From contig CBDBBI010000010.1 in NCBI GenBank assembly GCA_965202625.1, forward strand, positions 1,376,001 through 1,440,000: 64,000 bases of DNA. The letters are read 5' to 3'. Below, piece by piece: positions 1-10,347 of this stretch. The notes under the pieces were generated by a model that saw only the letters and a program-made list of their open reading frames with translations, searched no databases and had not been told where the DNA came from. Origin of the DNA: a bacterium. Its GTDB lineage: Bacteria > UBA8248. The number at the start of each line of letters is the position of its first letter. Positions within the stretch are counted from its first letter, which is position 1. The position numbers and the translations under genes were made by a program.

Positions 1-1003
1 AAAGTTTTTTCCTTTCATTCTCCAACAAATTTTTCGCGCCTTTCACTCTTTGAAGGCGAAACATAGCCTCAGAAATGTCTCCTAGCCCCATGCGTTGAAT
101 GGATTCATCTCGCACGCTTACTGGCCCATCGACTCTCAAATCACCGTTCGCCTTTTTGAGCAGGTTGGACAACTCGCTTCTTGCTTGCAATATCTCTTTT
201 GAAATCACCCGATGAAACGCGAGCAAACTATTGACTTTATTGCTCTCGATCAGCATTCGCGAAGAGGAAGAAACACTGCTGTCCTCTATGAACTTCAGCA
301 CTTCGTCCCGTTCCTTCAACATCACGTCATAGTCGTTGTCTCTGAGAGAGAGACCGTTCTTAAAAAGCAGGGATGATAGTTGGCTTCGCTGCTCCAGCAG
401 TATCCGGATATCCTCGTTCAAATGCGCTAAATTGGATTTTTTATTGAATTGCAACAGCGCGCTTTCCGCATCGTTCAGTTGCTGCCTTGCGTCATCGTGC
501 TGTTGTTGAAGATATTTTTTCGTTTGCAAAACGTCCGATTGGCTATAATTCGAATATGAGCGCACCGTTTGTTCGGCGACATAGTTCGCCAAATCTCTCG
601 ACAATGCGGGAACCGGCGTAGTGGCGGAGAGGTGAAGCAGGCTCGTGTCCTTAATTATTCTTACCGCTAAAACGCCACCCCACAGGTTGACCGCCGATAT
701 ACCGTGAGGCTCGGCATCCTGCCTGAACTTCTGCATCACTTGCTCGGCAGGCACAAGACTCGAGAGCAATTCACCGGCTGTCTGTATGCCGAGCCTGGAA
801 ATTCCGGATCGGGACGGAGCACTCTCCAGTTTCAAAACATCCACGAGCATCACCGCGGTAGATTTATATTCTCTCACTTTGGAAAAGGTGGTTGCGAATA
901 CAAACCCAACAAATACCAAAGGACAGACGAAAAACAACAACCAGCGCTTTTTGAGGGAATTCACAATTTCCTGCAAAGATATCCGATCTTCCCATTCTTC
1001 CAT
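1..1003 (-). CDS. Wzz/Wzc (GumC-like) polysaccharide chain-length determinant, 3' end runs off window
   Basis: Not in ORF track. Read manually from ATG at 1003: MEEWEDRISLQEIVNSLKKRWLLFFVCPLVFVGFVFATTF...EYKSTAVMLV. Typical Wzz N-terminus (ISL..I...L.KRW + TM + Y.S.A), followed by coiled-coil YLQQQ..ARQQL..AE.AL..F. Confidence 0.8.
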   Translation of the reverse strand, partial: MEEWEDRISLQEIVNSLKKRWLLFFVCPLVFVGFVFATTFSKVREYKSTAVMLVDVLKLESAPSRSGISRLGIQTAGELLSSLVPAEQVMQKFRQDAEPHGISAVNLWGGVLAVRIIKDTSLLHLSATTPVPALSRDLANYVAEQTVRSYSNYSQSDVLQTKKYLQQQHDDARQQLNDAESALLQFNKKSNLAHLNEDIRILLEQRSQLSSLLFKNGLSLRDNDYDVMLKERDEVLKFIEDSSVSSSSRMLIESNKVNSLLAFHRVISKEILQARSELSNLLKKANGDLRVDGPVSVRDESIQRMGLGDISEAMFRLQRVKGAKNLLENERKKL

Positions 1004-1083
1004 TCTGAAACGCTCGCCAGTTTCAAAATACTCCCTCACCACGCGCCGAATCCATCTCCTGCCAAAATCCATCGCCCCCATCC

Positions 1084-2064
1084 CTATATATGCCCACCCT
1101 GCAACTCATATTCTATTTTTGGCGCCAACCTCGGAACAGTAAAACCTTGATGAAAGCAAACCACGTTTTCCACCGCTTCCATTTCCATCCGCAGACGTGA
1201 TTCTTTTGTAAAAGAACCAATATGGCTCGTCAACAAGCAGTTCCCCATATTCGCCAAAGGGCCCAGATAGGGTTCCTCCGCAAATACGTCCAGTGCCGCA
1301 CCACCGATTCTGCCCGCCTTCAATACCTCCGCCAAGGCGTTTTCGTCAATCACCCCCCCCCGCGCAGTGTTCACTAGAATAGCATCCGACTTCATCAACG
1401 ACAATTCCGCTTTCCCAACGTAATTTTCCGTCCGCGAATTTCTGGGCAGGTGCAGGGTAATCACGTCCGCTCGCCGAAAAATTTCGTTTTTCCCCACCCA
1501 TGCGATTCCGACCTCCGTTCCAAATTCCAGATCCGGATTGACGTCATGCCCCAGGATATTCGCGCCAAAGGATCTCAGAAGCCGAGCAACGCGCTTTCCG
1601 ATGCGATTGACGCCTATCACTCCCACCGTTACGTCTCCAACCCCTCTGCCTATAGAACGCTCCCACCTTCCCGCGCGCAAAGACGCGTCCACCTTGTGAA
1701 TCCCTCGAAGCATGGACACTATCAAACCTATGGTTAAATCAGCCACGGCTGCGGAGGGAGCCTCGGGCGTATACGCCACCTGAACTCCGCGTTTTCGGGC
1801 CGCCAGCAGATCCACGCTGTCCAGACCGACTCCAACGCGAGAGACAAGCCTCAAATTCGGGGCGCTTTCCATCACCTTCGCCGTAATGGGCTCCACGCCC
1901 GCGATGACGTAACGCGCCTCGGCGACGAGGGCGCACATCTCACTCTCGCTTGGCCGACGCGAATGTGGCTGGAAAAAGTATTCGATTTCCGCTTTTTCGA
2001 GAATTTCCAGGGGCTCGCGGCCGAACGCGCCGAAAGAAGCAAGACTTATCAGGGCTTTGCTCAT
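1084..2064 (-). CDS. D-isomer-specific 2-hydroxyacid dehydrogenase (phosphoglycerate dehydrogenase-like, no ACT domain)
   Basis: SRVGVGLD, VGVIGVNRIG, NTARGGVIDE, AALDVFAEEP, SHIGS motifs. Confidence 0.9.
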   Translation of the reverse strand: MSKALISLASFGAFGREPLEILEKAEIEYFFQPHSRRPSESEMCALVAEARYVIAGVEPITAKVMESAPNLRLVSRVGVGLDSVDLLAARKRGVQVAYTPEAPSAAVADLTIGLIVSMLRGIHKVDASLRAGRWERSIGRGVGDVTVGVIGVNRIGKRVARLLRSFGANILGHDVNPDLEFGTEVGIAWVGKNEIFRRADVITLHLPRNSRTENYVGKAELSLMKSDAILVNTARGGVIDENALAEVLKAGRIGGAALDVFAEEPYLGPLANMGNCLLTSHIGSFTKESRLRMEMEAVENVVCFHQGFTVPRLAPKIEYELQGGHI

Positions 2065-2101
2065 TATCCCATTCTTCGTTTGCGATTGGCGTATTCGACC
2101 T

Positions 2102-2847
2102 TCAAGCGAAAACGAGGACGCCTTTTGAACGCTTCGCTTCTCGGTGAGAAAACCTCGATTTGCCGCCCTTCACTACACGCGCATTCCCTTGAGCCTCAGA
2201 CTCATGAAACGCTATTACCATCTCCAGCGCTTTCATCCCACATTCCAGGGCGCAACTCAAGTCTCCTGTCCCCAAAAGTTCCACAATTCCATTTCCCGTG
2301 CGCTGGACAATATCATAATTTTCGCCAGCAAGCGAATGCCGCTCCATGGGATTTACATACCGGGGAAAAGGACGATCCCTCAACTCCTCGGCGCGCGCGT
2401 AGATTGGTCAAGAAGCGTTGAGCTCGTCAATGACGATTCCGCCATATCTCCCCGCGAGAACGATGAGATACGGGACGCCCCTATCCTCACAAGACTCCAC
2501 GTAACCTCTCATGCCATTCCTGAATACGACCGTGCCGAATCCGGCAGGGTCCTCATATGGATATTGCGCGCCTCTCGGATTCGGAGTGCGTGTTGCGTGC
2601 ATGATCAAGCGCTCCGAGTGCCCAGGCGGGTTCAGATTCCGAAAGAAATCGCATCAAATCAAAAAGGTGAATGACAAAATTATCGAGACCCGTAACGTCG
2701 CAATGGAAATAGACATGACGAATCTCGCCCACGCGCTGAGGTCGCCATTCACAAATGGCGACCACCTCCACAGGGCGTTCCCTCATAGGCGCGATAATGC
2801 CGCTGTCCCATGCCGCCAAACCCGACGATAACCGCAGGAAGCGCCAT
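2102..2847 (-). pseudogene. Degraded Gfo/Idh/MocA oxidoreductase
   Basis: ATG at 2847 gives MALPAVIVGFGGMGQRHYRAYEGTP. It continues in other frames as VEVVAICEWR..GEIRHVYFH..IHLFDLMRFL, then EDPAGFGTVVFRNGMRG, then GMKALEMVIAFHES. Several frameshifts, and the EKP segment is missing. Confidence 0.75.
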
Positions 2848-2849
2848 GT

Positions 2850-3233
2850 CTATTCAACTGTGATGACGGGAAAAAGGGCGCCCAGCCTGAAACGTGATTC
2901 GGGAGACTCCGTACAGGCGCTCAAAAGAGACTGGTCGAACACGTAATCGAATTCTCCCATGCTCTCTCCGGCTTGCCCGCCACCATCCAGCGATGGGGAG
3001 ATGGGGACACCCATTTCTTCGCAATCCGGGGCGCAGGGCCAAGCGCGTTTCAATACCTGCAACCCAAGATTCCCGCGCACGCATCAAAGCCAAGAAATAT
3101 CCGGGGCACCTCCCTGCCTCAAAGAGAACGTCCGCTCGCCTTGAGGTAGTCTTGCGTCGATTCGAGATACGTTTTGGCGTCTCTTTCTTCGCCGTAAATC
3201 ACCCCATATTCCTTCGTAAAATTTCCTATTCAT
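2850..3233 (-). pseudogene. Degraded class I SAM-dependent methyltransferase
   Basis: GGAGG then ATG at 3233 (MNRKFYEGIW). Another frame reads DVLFEAGRCPGYFLALMRARESWVAGIE (motif I/II-like), and a third reads GEFDYVF. Confidence 0.55.
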
Positions 3234-3312
3234 CCTCCGGACGCATTCCGGAGGTCAGAGACGCCAGCAGACAATCCAGACGTCTATACGCTTTCTTTCG
3301 CCACAACCCGCC

Positions 3313-4254
3313 TCATGCGGAAACCTCGTTTTCCAAAGCCCACTCCACCATTTTTTTCAGACCCGCGCCCAGCTGCGTTTTCGGCTTCCAGCCAATATCC
3401 CTGCGGATTGCGGTGATATCCGCAACGCTACCGAAGATGTCCCCCGGCGTGTTCCCATCCTGGCGGATGGGATATTCCTCATATCCGAACGCTTCGATCA
3501 AGGCGGAAAGAAGTTGCTTGACGGTAGTTCTTCGAGCGGACCCCAGATTATATACCCGATTGAACGTTCTTGCTTCATGGAGAGACCGCATCCAGGCGTC
3601 AACGACGTCATCAACGTAGAGGAAGTCCCGATAACGCTCGAACGCCCCTTTCACCAATATCGTCTCCCGTTTCAACAAATAAGCGAGATAAATGCTTACC
3701 ATTCCCTGCTTGTGGTTTTTGAAATCTTGCCCGGTGCCATAAATGTTGAACAAGCGAAAAATCGTAGCATCCCCTCCAAGACGTCCGAAATGACGCAAAA
3801 GAACTTCCGCCGCCGCCTTAGACGCGCCATAAAAAGAGTGGGGAGCAAGGGGATGATCTTCTCGAAGCGGAAGCTCTGAGGATCCATAAACCGCCATCGA
3901 ACTCGCAAACAAAACGCGCTTGACGCCGTTGCGTTCGCACCATCTCAACAGGAGAAAGGTGCCCCTGGCATTCGCATCGAAATCATGCAGCGGGACCTCG
4001 TGGGAAATTTGGCCTGATGACTGGGCACCCAGATGCAGGACGGCGTCAACAGGTCCAAACCTGAAGCCGGCATACGTCCGAGAATCGGACAAGCTCCCGA
4101 CAACCAACTCAGCGCCGGGGGGGGGGGGGACGTTTTTCTCATCGCCCGTTGACAAATTATCCACCACAAACACGGAATGGCCCTCGTCAATCAATCTTTT
4201 CACAATGCAAGAGCCGATGAAGCCGGCACCGCCAGTCACCAGATAACGTCCCAC
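3313..4254 (-). CDS. NAD-dependent epimerase/dehydratase (UDP-glucose 4-epimerase-like)
   Basis: LVTGGAGFIG, DNLSTG, ASSMAVYG, YGASK, RDFLYVDD. Confidence 0.92.
   Translation of the reverse strand: MGRYLVTGGAGFIGSCIVKRLIDEGHSVFVVDNLSTGDEKNVPPPPGAELVVGSLSDSRTYAGFRFGPVDAVLHLGAQSSGQISHEVPLHDFDANARGTFLLLRWCERNGVKRVLFASSMAVYGSSELPLREDHPLAPHSFYGASKAAAEVLLRHFGRLGGDATIFRLFNIYGTGQDFKNHKQGMVSIYLAYLLKRETILVKGAFERYRDFLYVDDVVDAWMRSLHEARTFNRVYNLGSARRTTVKQLLSALIEAFGYEEYPIRQDGNTPGDIFGSVADITAIRRDIGWKPKTQLGAGLKKMVEWALENEVSA
4117..4129. repeat. G13 homopolymer (C13 on coding strand) inside epimerase gene
   Basis: agcgcc-G13-ac; encodes VPPPPG in frame. Confidence 0.95.
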
Positions 4255-4257
4255 CTC

Positions 4258-6255
4258 CTATTCACTCCTCGCGGAACAGCCAACGCTTCTGTGACGTTTA
4301 TCCACCGCTTTCATATTCAAGAGCTCTCTCCACCTCGGAAGTTCAGGGTCGAGGTTCCAATAGCTTCGCACAAAATCTCTTTTCTCGCCCAAACTCTTTG
4401 AAGGACCATATTCCAGGTAGGCTCCAAGTTTTTCTCTCAGTTCTTCCGGCGTACTGAAAGAGCGATAGTATCCCTCATGTCCCGTCAATAAATTCATGCT
4501 GAAAGCAGAACTCACAACAGGAACGAAAACCTCGCACCCATAGGCAAGAGCGTCTATTGATACAGAACTCGAGGGCACGAGAACGGCGTCCACCCGTTGA
4601 AGACAGGCATAGATGTCCCCTTCTTTTATATTCCACCGGTATTCTTCCGCCTGAACCCCCAGCTCATTGAGCCACAAACCCATCGGTGTCAATGGATGAC
4701 CCTTGAGCCACACGTCCCATTCTCCCGCAAGCGGATAGGCACCCTGCAGAAACGACAAGAAGGATTTCGTCTCCTCACGGGAAAAGGAGCCCGCAACCAG
4801 CAAGGTCGGCTTGCGGGCTTTTGCGGGCAATGGGTAATTCATGTTTTTGGCCAGTGATATTTGGCGAATCCCCTCTACTTCGAACAGATGGGGATATCCC
4901 CACTCAGAGAGGAGGCCATTCGTCCCCCCGCCATTGACGGCGATTCTTCCGGGAATAGGCAATCCATCAGGAAGGTGGTAGGATTCGAGCTCTGATTTGT
5001 GGTGGATAAAAGATATAAAATTCCGAGAAAGGGTCGTGTGCACGAAGCCGACAGATTCCAGAGCGGGCTTTTTGCGTAAAATCGCTCGATTCATCGCTTT
5101 TTCCCACGCCTGCATTTCACATGGATATACGCACAGAGAAGGGTTTTCCAAGACGCTGAAAAATCTCTTGAACGCTTCATATTGAATCAGCCCGCGCATG
5201 GCCTCTATGCCGCAAAACGAGCGTCTCCACAAATTCTCGACGAGGGGATAGCATTCGACGGGAAACAAAGCTCCGCACATTTGCTCTTCATCGAAACTTC
5301 TCTCCAGAACAAAATATCTTCCTACTTGCCGCAACCACGAACACAACGCCGTGAAAGCCTCCTTAAAACCAAAAAATTCATCAAAAAACGCAAGGTGCTC
5401 CCCGTTTTTCCTGAATTTCCTCGCCATCTTCAAGGATCCCCAAAAACCGATGCCTCCGACGCGCGCGAAAATTAAGAGCCAAAGAATACGCTCGCCTTGT
5501 CTGGAATACATTTCTTGAATCGGCTCAAAATATCGATTGCGAAAAACACCGCCCTCCCCTCCATTCAGATACGAAAAATAACTCACGAACACATGCGGTG
5601 CCGAGGCGAGCGTTTCCCGCTGGGAAAAACCCATCATCAGTCTGGCGAGCATGGCTCTTTGGCAGGCTTGCAGCCAACCCGCAAGTGCAAGCAAAAAAAT
5701 GCCCGGAAATAAAGCCTTCATCCCTTGCGTACTGAATATCTGGGGTTTTTTCTCCAGATGAAACGACATGCCAAAGACATCCGCCATGCGTTTTATCGAC
5801 TTACAGAGATTCCTGCTTTTTATGGCCACCGCCATGCGGTCGTATTTTCCGGTTCGCAGTTGCTTCTGAATCGCAAGCGCTTGGGCCAACTCGAGAAACG
5901 TATCGGTTTTGAATGGGTTCTTCTCTGAAATGGGTCCTAGCCAGAAGCCGCTCATCCCTCCATCACTCGTCATGAAAAAACGCCGAATGGAAACGTTGCG
6001 GATACGCGACATTCCGCGCTTGGCAGACCATTCGGGAAGCCCCCTAGAAAGATTCTCACTTTCCCGCTCGACAAACCTGGCTGCATTCAACACGACGACT
6101 TGCTCCAGGCCACGCTTGTGAAGTTCTTGCTCAAGACGCCGGATAAACGTCCAATTCGCCGTCAGGGAGAACAGAAAAACCGCATTCTGGTCGCCCCAGG
6201 CTTCAGGCGACAGTTCTTCAAACGAGAGGCTTTCATCAAAGACAAATAACTGCAT
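4258..6255 (-). CDS. Surface carbohydrate biosynthesis protein, LIC13510/TIGR04326-like (GT-B-like putative transferase)
   Basis: Likely start MQLFVFDES at 6255 after GGAGG; motifs SEKNPFK, VYPCEMQAWEKA, WLKGHP, SSSVSIDA; glycan-locus context. Confidence 0.65.
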   Translation of the reverse strand: MQLFVFDESLSFEELSPEAWGDQNAVFLFSLTANWTFIRRLEQELHKRGLEQVVVLNAARFVERESENLSRGLPEWSAKRGMSRIRNVSIRRFFMTSDGGMSGFWLGPISEKNPFKTDTFLELAQALAIQKQLRTGKYDRMAVAIKSRNLCKSIKRMADVFGMSFHLEKKPQIFSTQGMKALFPGIFLLALAGWLQACQRAMLARLMMGFSQRETLASAPHVFVSYFSYLNGGEGGVFRNRYFEPIQEMYSRQGERILWLLIFARVGGIGFWGSLKMARKFRKNGEHLAFFDEFFGFKEAFTALCSWLRQVGRYFVLERSFDEEQMCGALFPVECYPLVENLWRRSFCGIEAMRGLIQYEAFKRFFSVLENPSLCVYPCEMQAWEKAMNRAILRKKPALESVGFVHTTLSRNFISFIHHKSELESYHLPDGLPIPGRIAVNGGGTNGLLSEWGYPHLFEVEGIRQISLAKNMNYPLPAKARKPTLLVAGSFSREETKSFLSFLQGAYPLAGEWDVWLKGHPLTPMGLWLNELGVQAEEYRWNIKEGDIYACLQRVDAVLVPSSSVSIDALAYGCEVFVPVVSSAFSMNLLTGHEGYYRSFSTPEELREKLGAYLEYGPSKSLGEKRDFVRSYWNLDPELPRWRELLNMKAVDKRHRSVGCSARSE

Positions 6256-6449
6256 CCAAAGACCTCCTGGATTTCGAGACCCGCGCGTAAAATGCAAGGT
6301 AAAAAGAGATGAATTGCGCCTTTTTAGGCGCACAGGGCGCATCCATGACGCAGCCCGCCAACAAGGACGGTCACTCAGTGCCTCGAAACCATCGAAAGAA
6401 CGATAGATCCTGGGGAAGTCGCTGAAAACGGAAAAGGAAAAAAAGCGAA

Positions 6450-7367
6450 TCAATCAAAGATTTTAATTTCCTCGGGAGGACCCGACCCTACCTCGTCATG
6501 AATCTCACGCAGACATTCCAATAATCCTTGTCCCATATCCATATACTTGTTGGCCACGATTTTCTGGCCAATTTTAGGCTCGAACGTATATGGCGTCAGG
6601 CTATAGTGACCCACGTGGCCATCCTGGTTGAACTCCAACGCAATGTCTCCCCCCAGAATTTCACGTATCATTTCCAGAAGTGCTCTGAAGCGTATGGGAT
6701 AGGAGCCAGTGATTATCAGGTGCTGATTAGAGAATTCCGCATCCAGGACGTGAGCGCAAAGACGCGTCGCATCCTTTACGCTGATGTATTCGCGCATCTC
6801 GTCGCCGGTGCCGAAGCATTGAACCCGTCTTTCGGATATCGCCTGACGCAGATAACGATGGACGCTGTTTCTTGCATCCGCTCGAGGGCCAAACAAAGTC
6901 CCGAAACGAAGAATCGTATAATCCAGGCCATACTGCTTTTGATACTCTTCCACGTAGAGTTCCGCCGCTTGCTTGCTGCAACGATAAAAGCCGCCTCGAT
7001 TGCTATAAACGTATATGGAGCTGGCGTGAACATAGCGCTGGACGCCGGCTTCGCGCGACGCATCAAGTATGTTCACAGTACCCAGGACGTTCTGGGTGAC
7101 AGTTTGCGCGGCTTGCGTTTTCGCATCATCGAGGTCTGCAATGCCGGCGAAGTTGCAGACGACGGCACAGCCTCTTACGGCCTCACGCACTTGAGCGGAG
7201 TCCAGAATATCGCCAACATACATTTTCTGGCCTGGCCGCAAATATGGGGAGGGGCTCAAGTCGAATACAAGAACCTCATGCCCATCCTCAACAAACGCGT
7301 CGGCTAGGTGGCTGCCAACAAAGCCCGAGCCCCCAAACACGACAATTTTCAACGTGTCGGCCACCAA
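6450..7367 (-). CDS. NAD-dependent epimerase/dehydratase
   Basis: VFGGSGFVG, ASSIYVY, YRCSK (YxxxK). Confidence 0.9.
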   Translation of the reverse strand: MVADTLKIVVFGGSGFVGSHLADAFVEDGHEVLVFDLSPSPYLRPGQKMYVGDILDSAQVREAVRGCAVVCNFAGIADLDDAKTQAAQTVTQNVLGTVNILDASREAGVQRYVHASSIYVYSNRGGFYRCSKQAAELYVEEYQKQYGLDYTILRFGTLFGPRADARNSVHRYLRQAISERRVQCFGTGDEMREYISVKDATRLCAHVLDAEFSNQHLIITGSYPIRFRALLEMIREILGGDIALEFNQDGHVGHYSLTPYTFEPKIGQKIVANKYMDMGQGLLECLREIHDEVGSGPPEEIKIFD

Positions 7368-7639
7368 CCAATCTCCGTCCGCAATGGATACGATTTACCC
7401 GGTGATGTAATCCGCATTCTCTTGAGAGCAAATAAACGACCAACGACGCGATTTCATCGGGTTACGCCATTCTCTTCGTCGGAATCACGGCCACCCTTAT
7501 CCACCAGTTTTTCCAATGCGGGGCTACTCGTTCCGTAATGAGCGAAAACGCTGGCTCGAACGCGAAGGAGAAGACGCAAAATGGCCTGCCCGATACCTGA
7601 GCTCACGCCCGTTAAAAGCACTTCCATAGGAATGCAACC

Positions 7640-8434
7640 TCACGCTTTGTCATCATATAGAAAGGTCCTGTCCCCCGCGCTATCAAACCCATGCTCCCTC
7701 AACCAATGTTCCACGCCCGGTATTTGCCAATCATAGTCCACGTCCACTCCTCCCCATTGCCGCAGTGGGTAAATGCGCTTCCCCATCCATTTCTGCGGCA
7801 GAAGTCCATCTTCCATTTTTTCCAGACAGTGCGGACGCACAATGGAAAGCCCCATGTCCGCAAACCACGCGTCCCCCTGCGAATCCCGATCACAATTCAT
7901 ACTATCGGGGTCGCCAAACGTCTCAAACGGAACGAAGGGACGCAACAGGCCATCTTCCCCAATCTTCCGCGCCCGAAGGGGACTCCACATGTTGTAACAA
8001 GAAACGGTAACCGCCGAATCGTAAGAAGGATTTTCCCGCAATACCCGAATCCCCTCCTCAATCGTTTCAGGCAATACCGTAGGCGCATTGCAAAAAAGAA
8101 GGACAAAGAGTTCTACCTCCACGCCCAACGTATTTTGCGCATCCGTTATGGCCTGATACCCATGCACGTAAGCGTCCTCGCCAAGTGCTTCTTTCGTGGC
8201 CAATTTTGGCGGCCGCGCAATCACCCGCGCCCCCATCTCACGGGCAAGGCCCATCAATTTTTCATCGTCCGTCGAGAGATACACGTCATTCACGCTCGGC
8301 GCATCCAAAGCTGCTTTCAAGGGATAATAGGAAAGCTGCCGCCCCAAAACCGGATGGGTGTTTTTGCCGGGAAATCCTGTGCTTCCTTTTCTTCCCAACA
8401 GCAATGCGGCTACGTAATTTTTCTTCTCATTCAT
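7640..8434 (-). CDS. Acylneuraminate-type cytidylyltransferase
   Basis: GRKGSTGFPGKN, STDD, RPPKLA, DVDYDWQ. Confidence 0.85.
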   Translation of the reverse strand: MNEKKNYVAALLLGRKGSTGFPGKNTHPVLGRQLSYYPLKAALDAPSVNDVYLSTDDEKLMGLAREMGARVIARPPKLATKEALGEDAYVHGYQAITDAQNTLGVEVELFVLLFCNAPTVLPETIEEGIRVLRENPSYDSAVTVSCYNMWSPLRARKIGEDGLLRPFVPFETFGDPDSMNCDRDSQGDAWFADMGLSIVRPHCLEKMEDGLLPQKWMGKRIYPLRQWGGVDVDYDWQIPGVEHWLREHGFDSAGDRTFLYDDKA

Positions 8435-8491
8435 TTTTCTTCAAGCCCACCCGCATCACGCGATGAAGCACCAAACCACTTTCAAGCCGAT

Positions 8492-10264
8492 CTAGGACTG
8501 CAATTCCACGAATTCCCGGTATCGACCTTTCACCTCCATGAGAGCGGCATGGTTTCCCTCCTGAACGACTCGGCCATTCTCAATAACCAGAATCTTGTCC
8601 GCACTTTTTACCGTGGAGAGACGATGAGCGACGAGCAATATGGTCATCCGTCCGCTCAAGTTCTGCACGGCCGTCTGTATGAGGCGCTCGAACTCGCTAT
8701 CGAGCGCACTCGTCGCTTCGTCCAAAACCAAAACTTGGGGAGAGCGAACCAGAGCTCTTGCGAGAGCCAGCCGCTGTTTCTGGCCCCCGGACAATTTGAA
8801 CCCCCGGTTGCCGACGATCGTCTTGTATCCCTGGGGCAACTCCCTGATGTATTCGTGGGCATAGGCGATTTCCGTGGCCTTTCGCACCTCTTCCTCATCC
8901 GCTTCCATATTTCCATAAAGGATGTTGTTATACACAGTATCGTTAAAAAGATATGGGTCCTGCTCCACAACCCCGATTTGGTTCCGCCATTCGCCCACGG
9001 AAATGTCTCTCAAATCTACGTTATCAACGTAAACGACGCCTTGTGTCGGATCATGAAGACGCAAGAACAGATCGACCAAAGTGGTCTTTCCGCCTCCGGA
9101 GGGGCCCACGAGCGCGGTAGTCGCAAACTTCTCAACCGATACGCTTATCTCGCTCAGCGCGTTATTCTTCGTCCCCGGATAGGAAAACGACACCCTTTCG
9201 AACCTCACGCCCTCCTCCAGGACGCCAGCGCGCCTTTTCGGTAGATGCGCCTTGTCCGTTCTTTCCGCGTATTCCCTGATGCGCTCCAGGTGGGGGGTGA
9301 GCTCTTTGATCATGACCCAGGAGTTGTTTATCACTTTCAGTTTGGGGAGAATCAGCAAAAGAATAACCAAAAACACGGTGAGGGTGACAAAGGGAATTTC
9401 CAGAAATTCAACGGCAACGACCATACCAACAACCATGATGACGAAAAAGAGCGGTTCGTGAAACAAGGATACGATAATTCTGTTGTCCACGATTTGAACC
9501 GAGACCCGACGATAATTGTTTACGCGGCTTGCATAATGCGCAACGTGGTGTGCGACGTTTCCAAAGACCTTTACCGTCTTGATTCCAGAGAATACGTCAT
9601 AAAGATAGGAGTTGATGCTCTCCACGCCTTGCGACTCTTGCTTTCCCTTCAAATATCCCTTCTGAAAACGCGGGAGCAGGAAAAAATAAGAAATGGATGA
9701 TATGCCCACAACCATAGCGGTAAGCGAAAAAGAGACCATCAAATTCATGGACAAATACAGGGCGCAGAAAAAAATACTGCTCACAATGAGCACCAGGTAT
9801 TCGAAAATAGCGCCGGAATTATGCGCGGACGTGAACTGAACAGCAATGAGATCTCCGACTTTTTTTTGATAAAAAAACGAGAGGGGAAGGTTCACGAGGT
9901 TTCGAAAGGCTTTCTCCCTCATGTCGCATGTAATTTTAGAACTCAGGACCCGCGCGAAATGCATAGAAGCAGCAACCAAAACATATTTGGTCAGCGTAGC
10001 GAGCGTGAATAGAACGATGAGATTCCAGAACGAATACTCCAGGCCAATGATCCCGAATGCCCATTTAGCGGTCGTCGTAAAGATGTGGCTTGTTTCGACT
10101 CCCTCAATAGATTGAAATATGGGCATCAGCATGCCCAGACCGATGCTCTCGAACATCGTCGCCAAAACAAGTACGAAAAAATACAAAAAAAGGATCTTCT
10201 TGTAGTCACGAACGATGGTGAGAATATTCTTTCGCTCGTCATGCACAGGCTTTCTCATCCGCAC
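8492..10264 (-). CDS. ABC exporter, fused permease-ATPase (MsbA/PglK-like glycan flippase)
   Basis: About 6 TM N-terminal domain; GPSGGGKT, LSGGQKQR, LVLDEATSALD, AHRLST. Confidence 0.9.
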   Translation of the reverse strand: MRMRKPVHDERKNILTIVRDYKKILFLYFFVLVLATMFESIGLGMLMPIFQSIEGVETSHIFTTTAKWAFGIIGLEYSFWNLIVLFTLATLTKYVLVAASMHFARVLSSKITCDMREKAFRNLVNLPLSFFYQKKVGDLIAVQFTSAHNSGAIFEYLVLIVSSIFFCALYLSMNLMVSFSLTAMVVGISSISYFFLLPRFQKGYLKGKQESQGVESINSYLYDVFSGIKTVKVFGNVAHHVAHYASRVNNYRRVSVQIVDNRIIVSLFHEPLFFVIMVVGMVVAVEFLEIPFVTLTVFLVILLLILPKLKVINNSWVMIKELTPHLERIREYAERTDKAHLPKRRAGVLEEGVRFERVSFSYPGTKNNALSEISVSVEKFATTALVGPSGGGKTTLVDLFLRLHDPTQGVVYVDNVDLRDISVGEWRNQIGVVEQDPYLFNDTVYNNILYGNMEADEEEVRKATEIAYAHEYIRELPQGYKTIVGNRGFKLSGGQKQRLALARALVRSPQVLVLDEATSALDSEFERLIQTAVQNLSGRMTILLVAHRLSTVKSADKILVIENGRVVQEGNHAALMEVKGRYREFVELQS

Positions 10265-10347
10265 GCACTCATTTCATCAAAGGGGGGGGAGGTAAAGCCC
10301 ACCTGCCTTGTTGCGTCTCATATGCGGCGCAACAACTCCCGCGCAAC

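Noticed and set aside
1084-2064. Dehydrogenase as PtxD partner of the phn-like transporter
   Set aside because: It lies about 36 kb away inside the glycan operon and looks like the generic SerA-like enzymes of such loci
7691-9244. 517-aa plus-strand ORF
   Set aside because: Antisense shadow of the cytidylyltransferase and ABC genes, with no motifs
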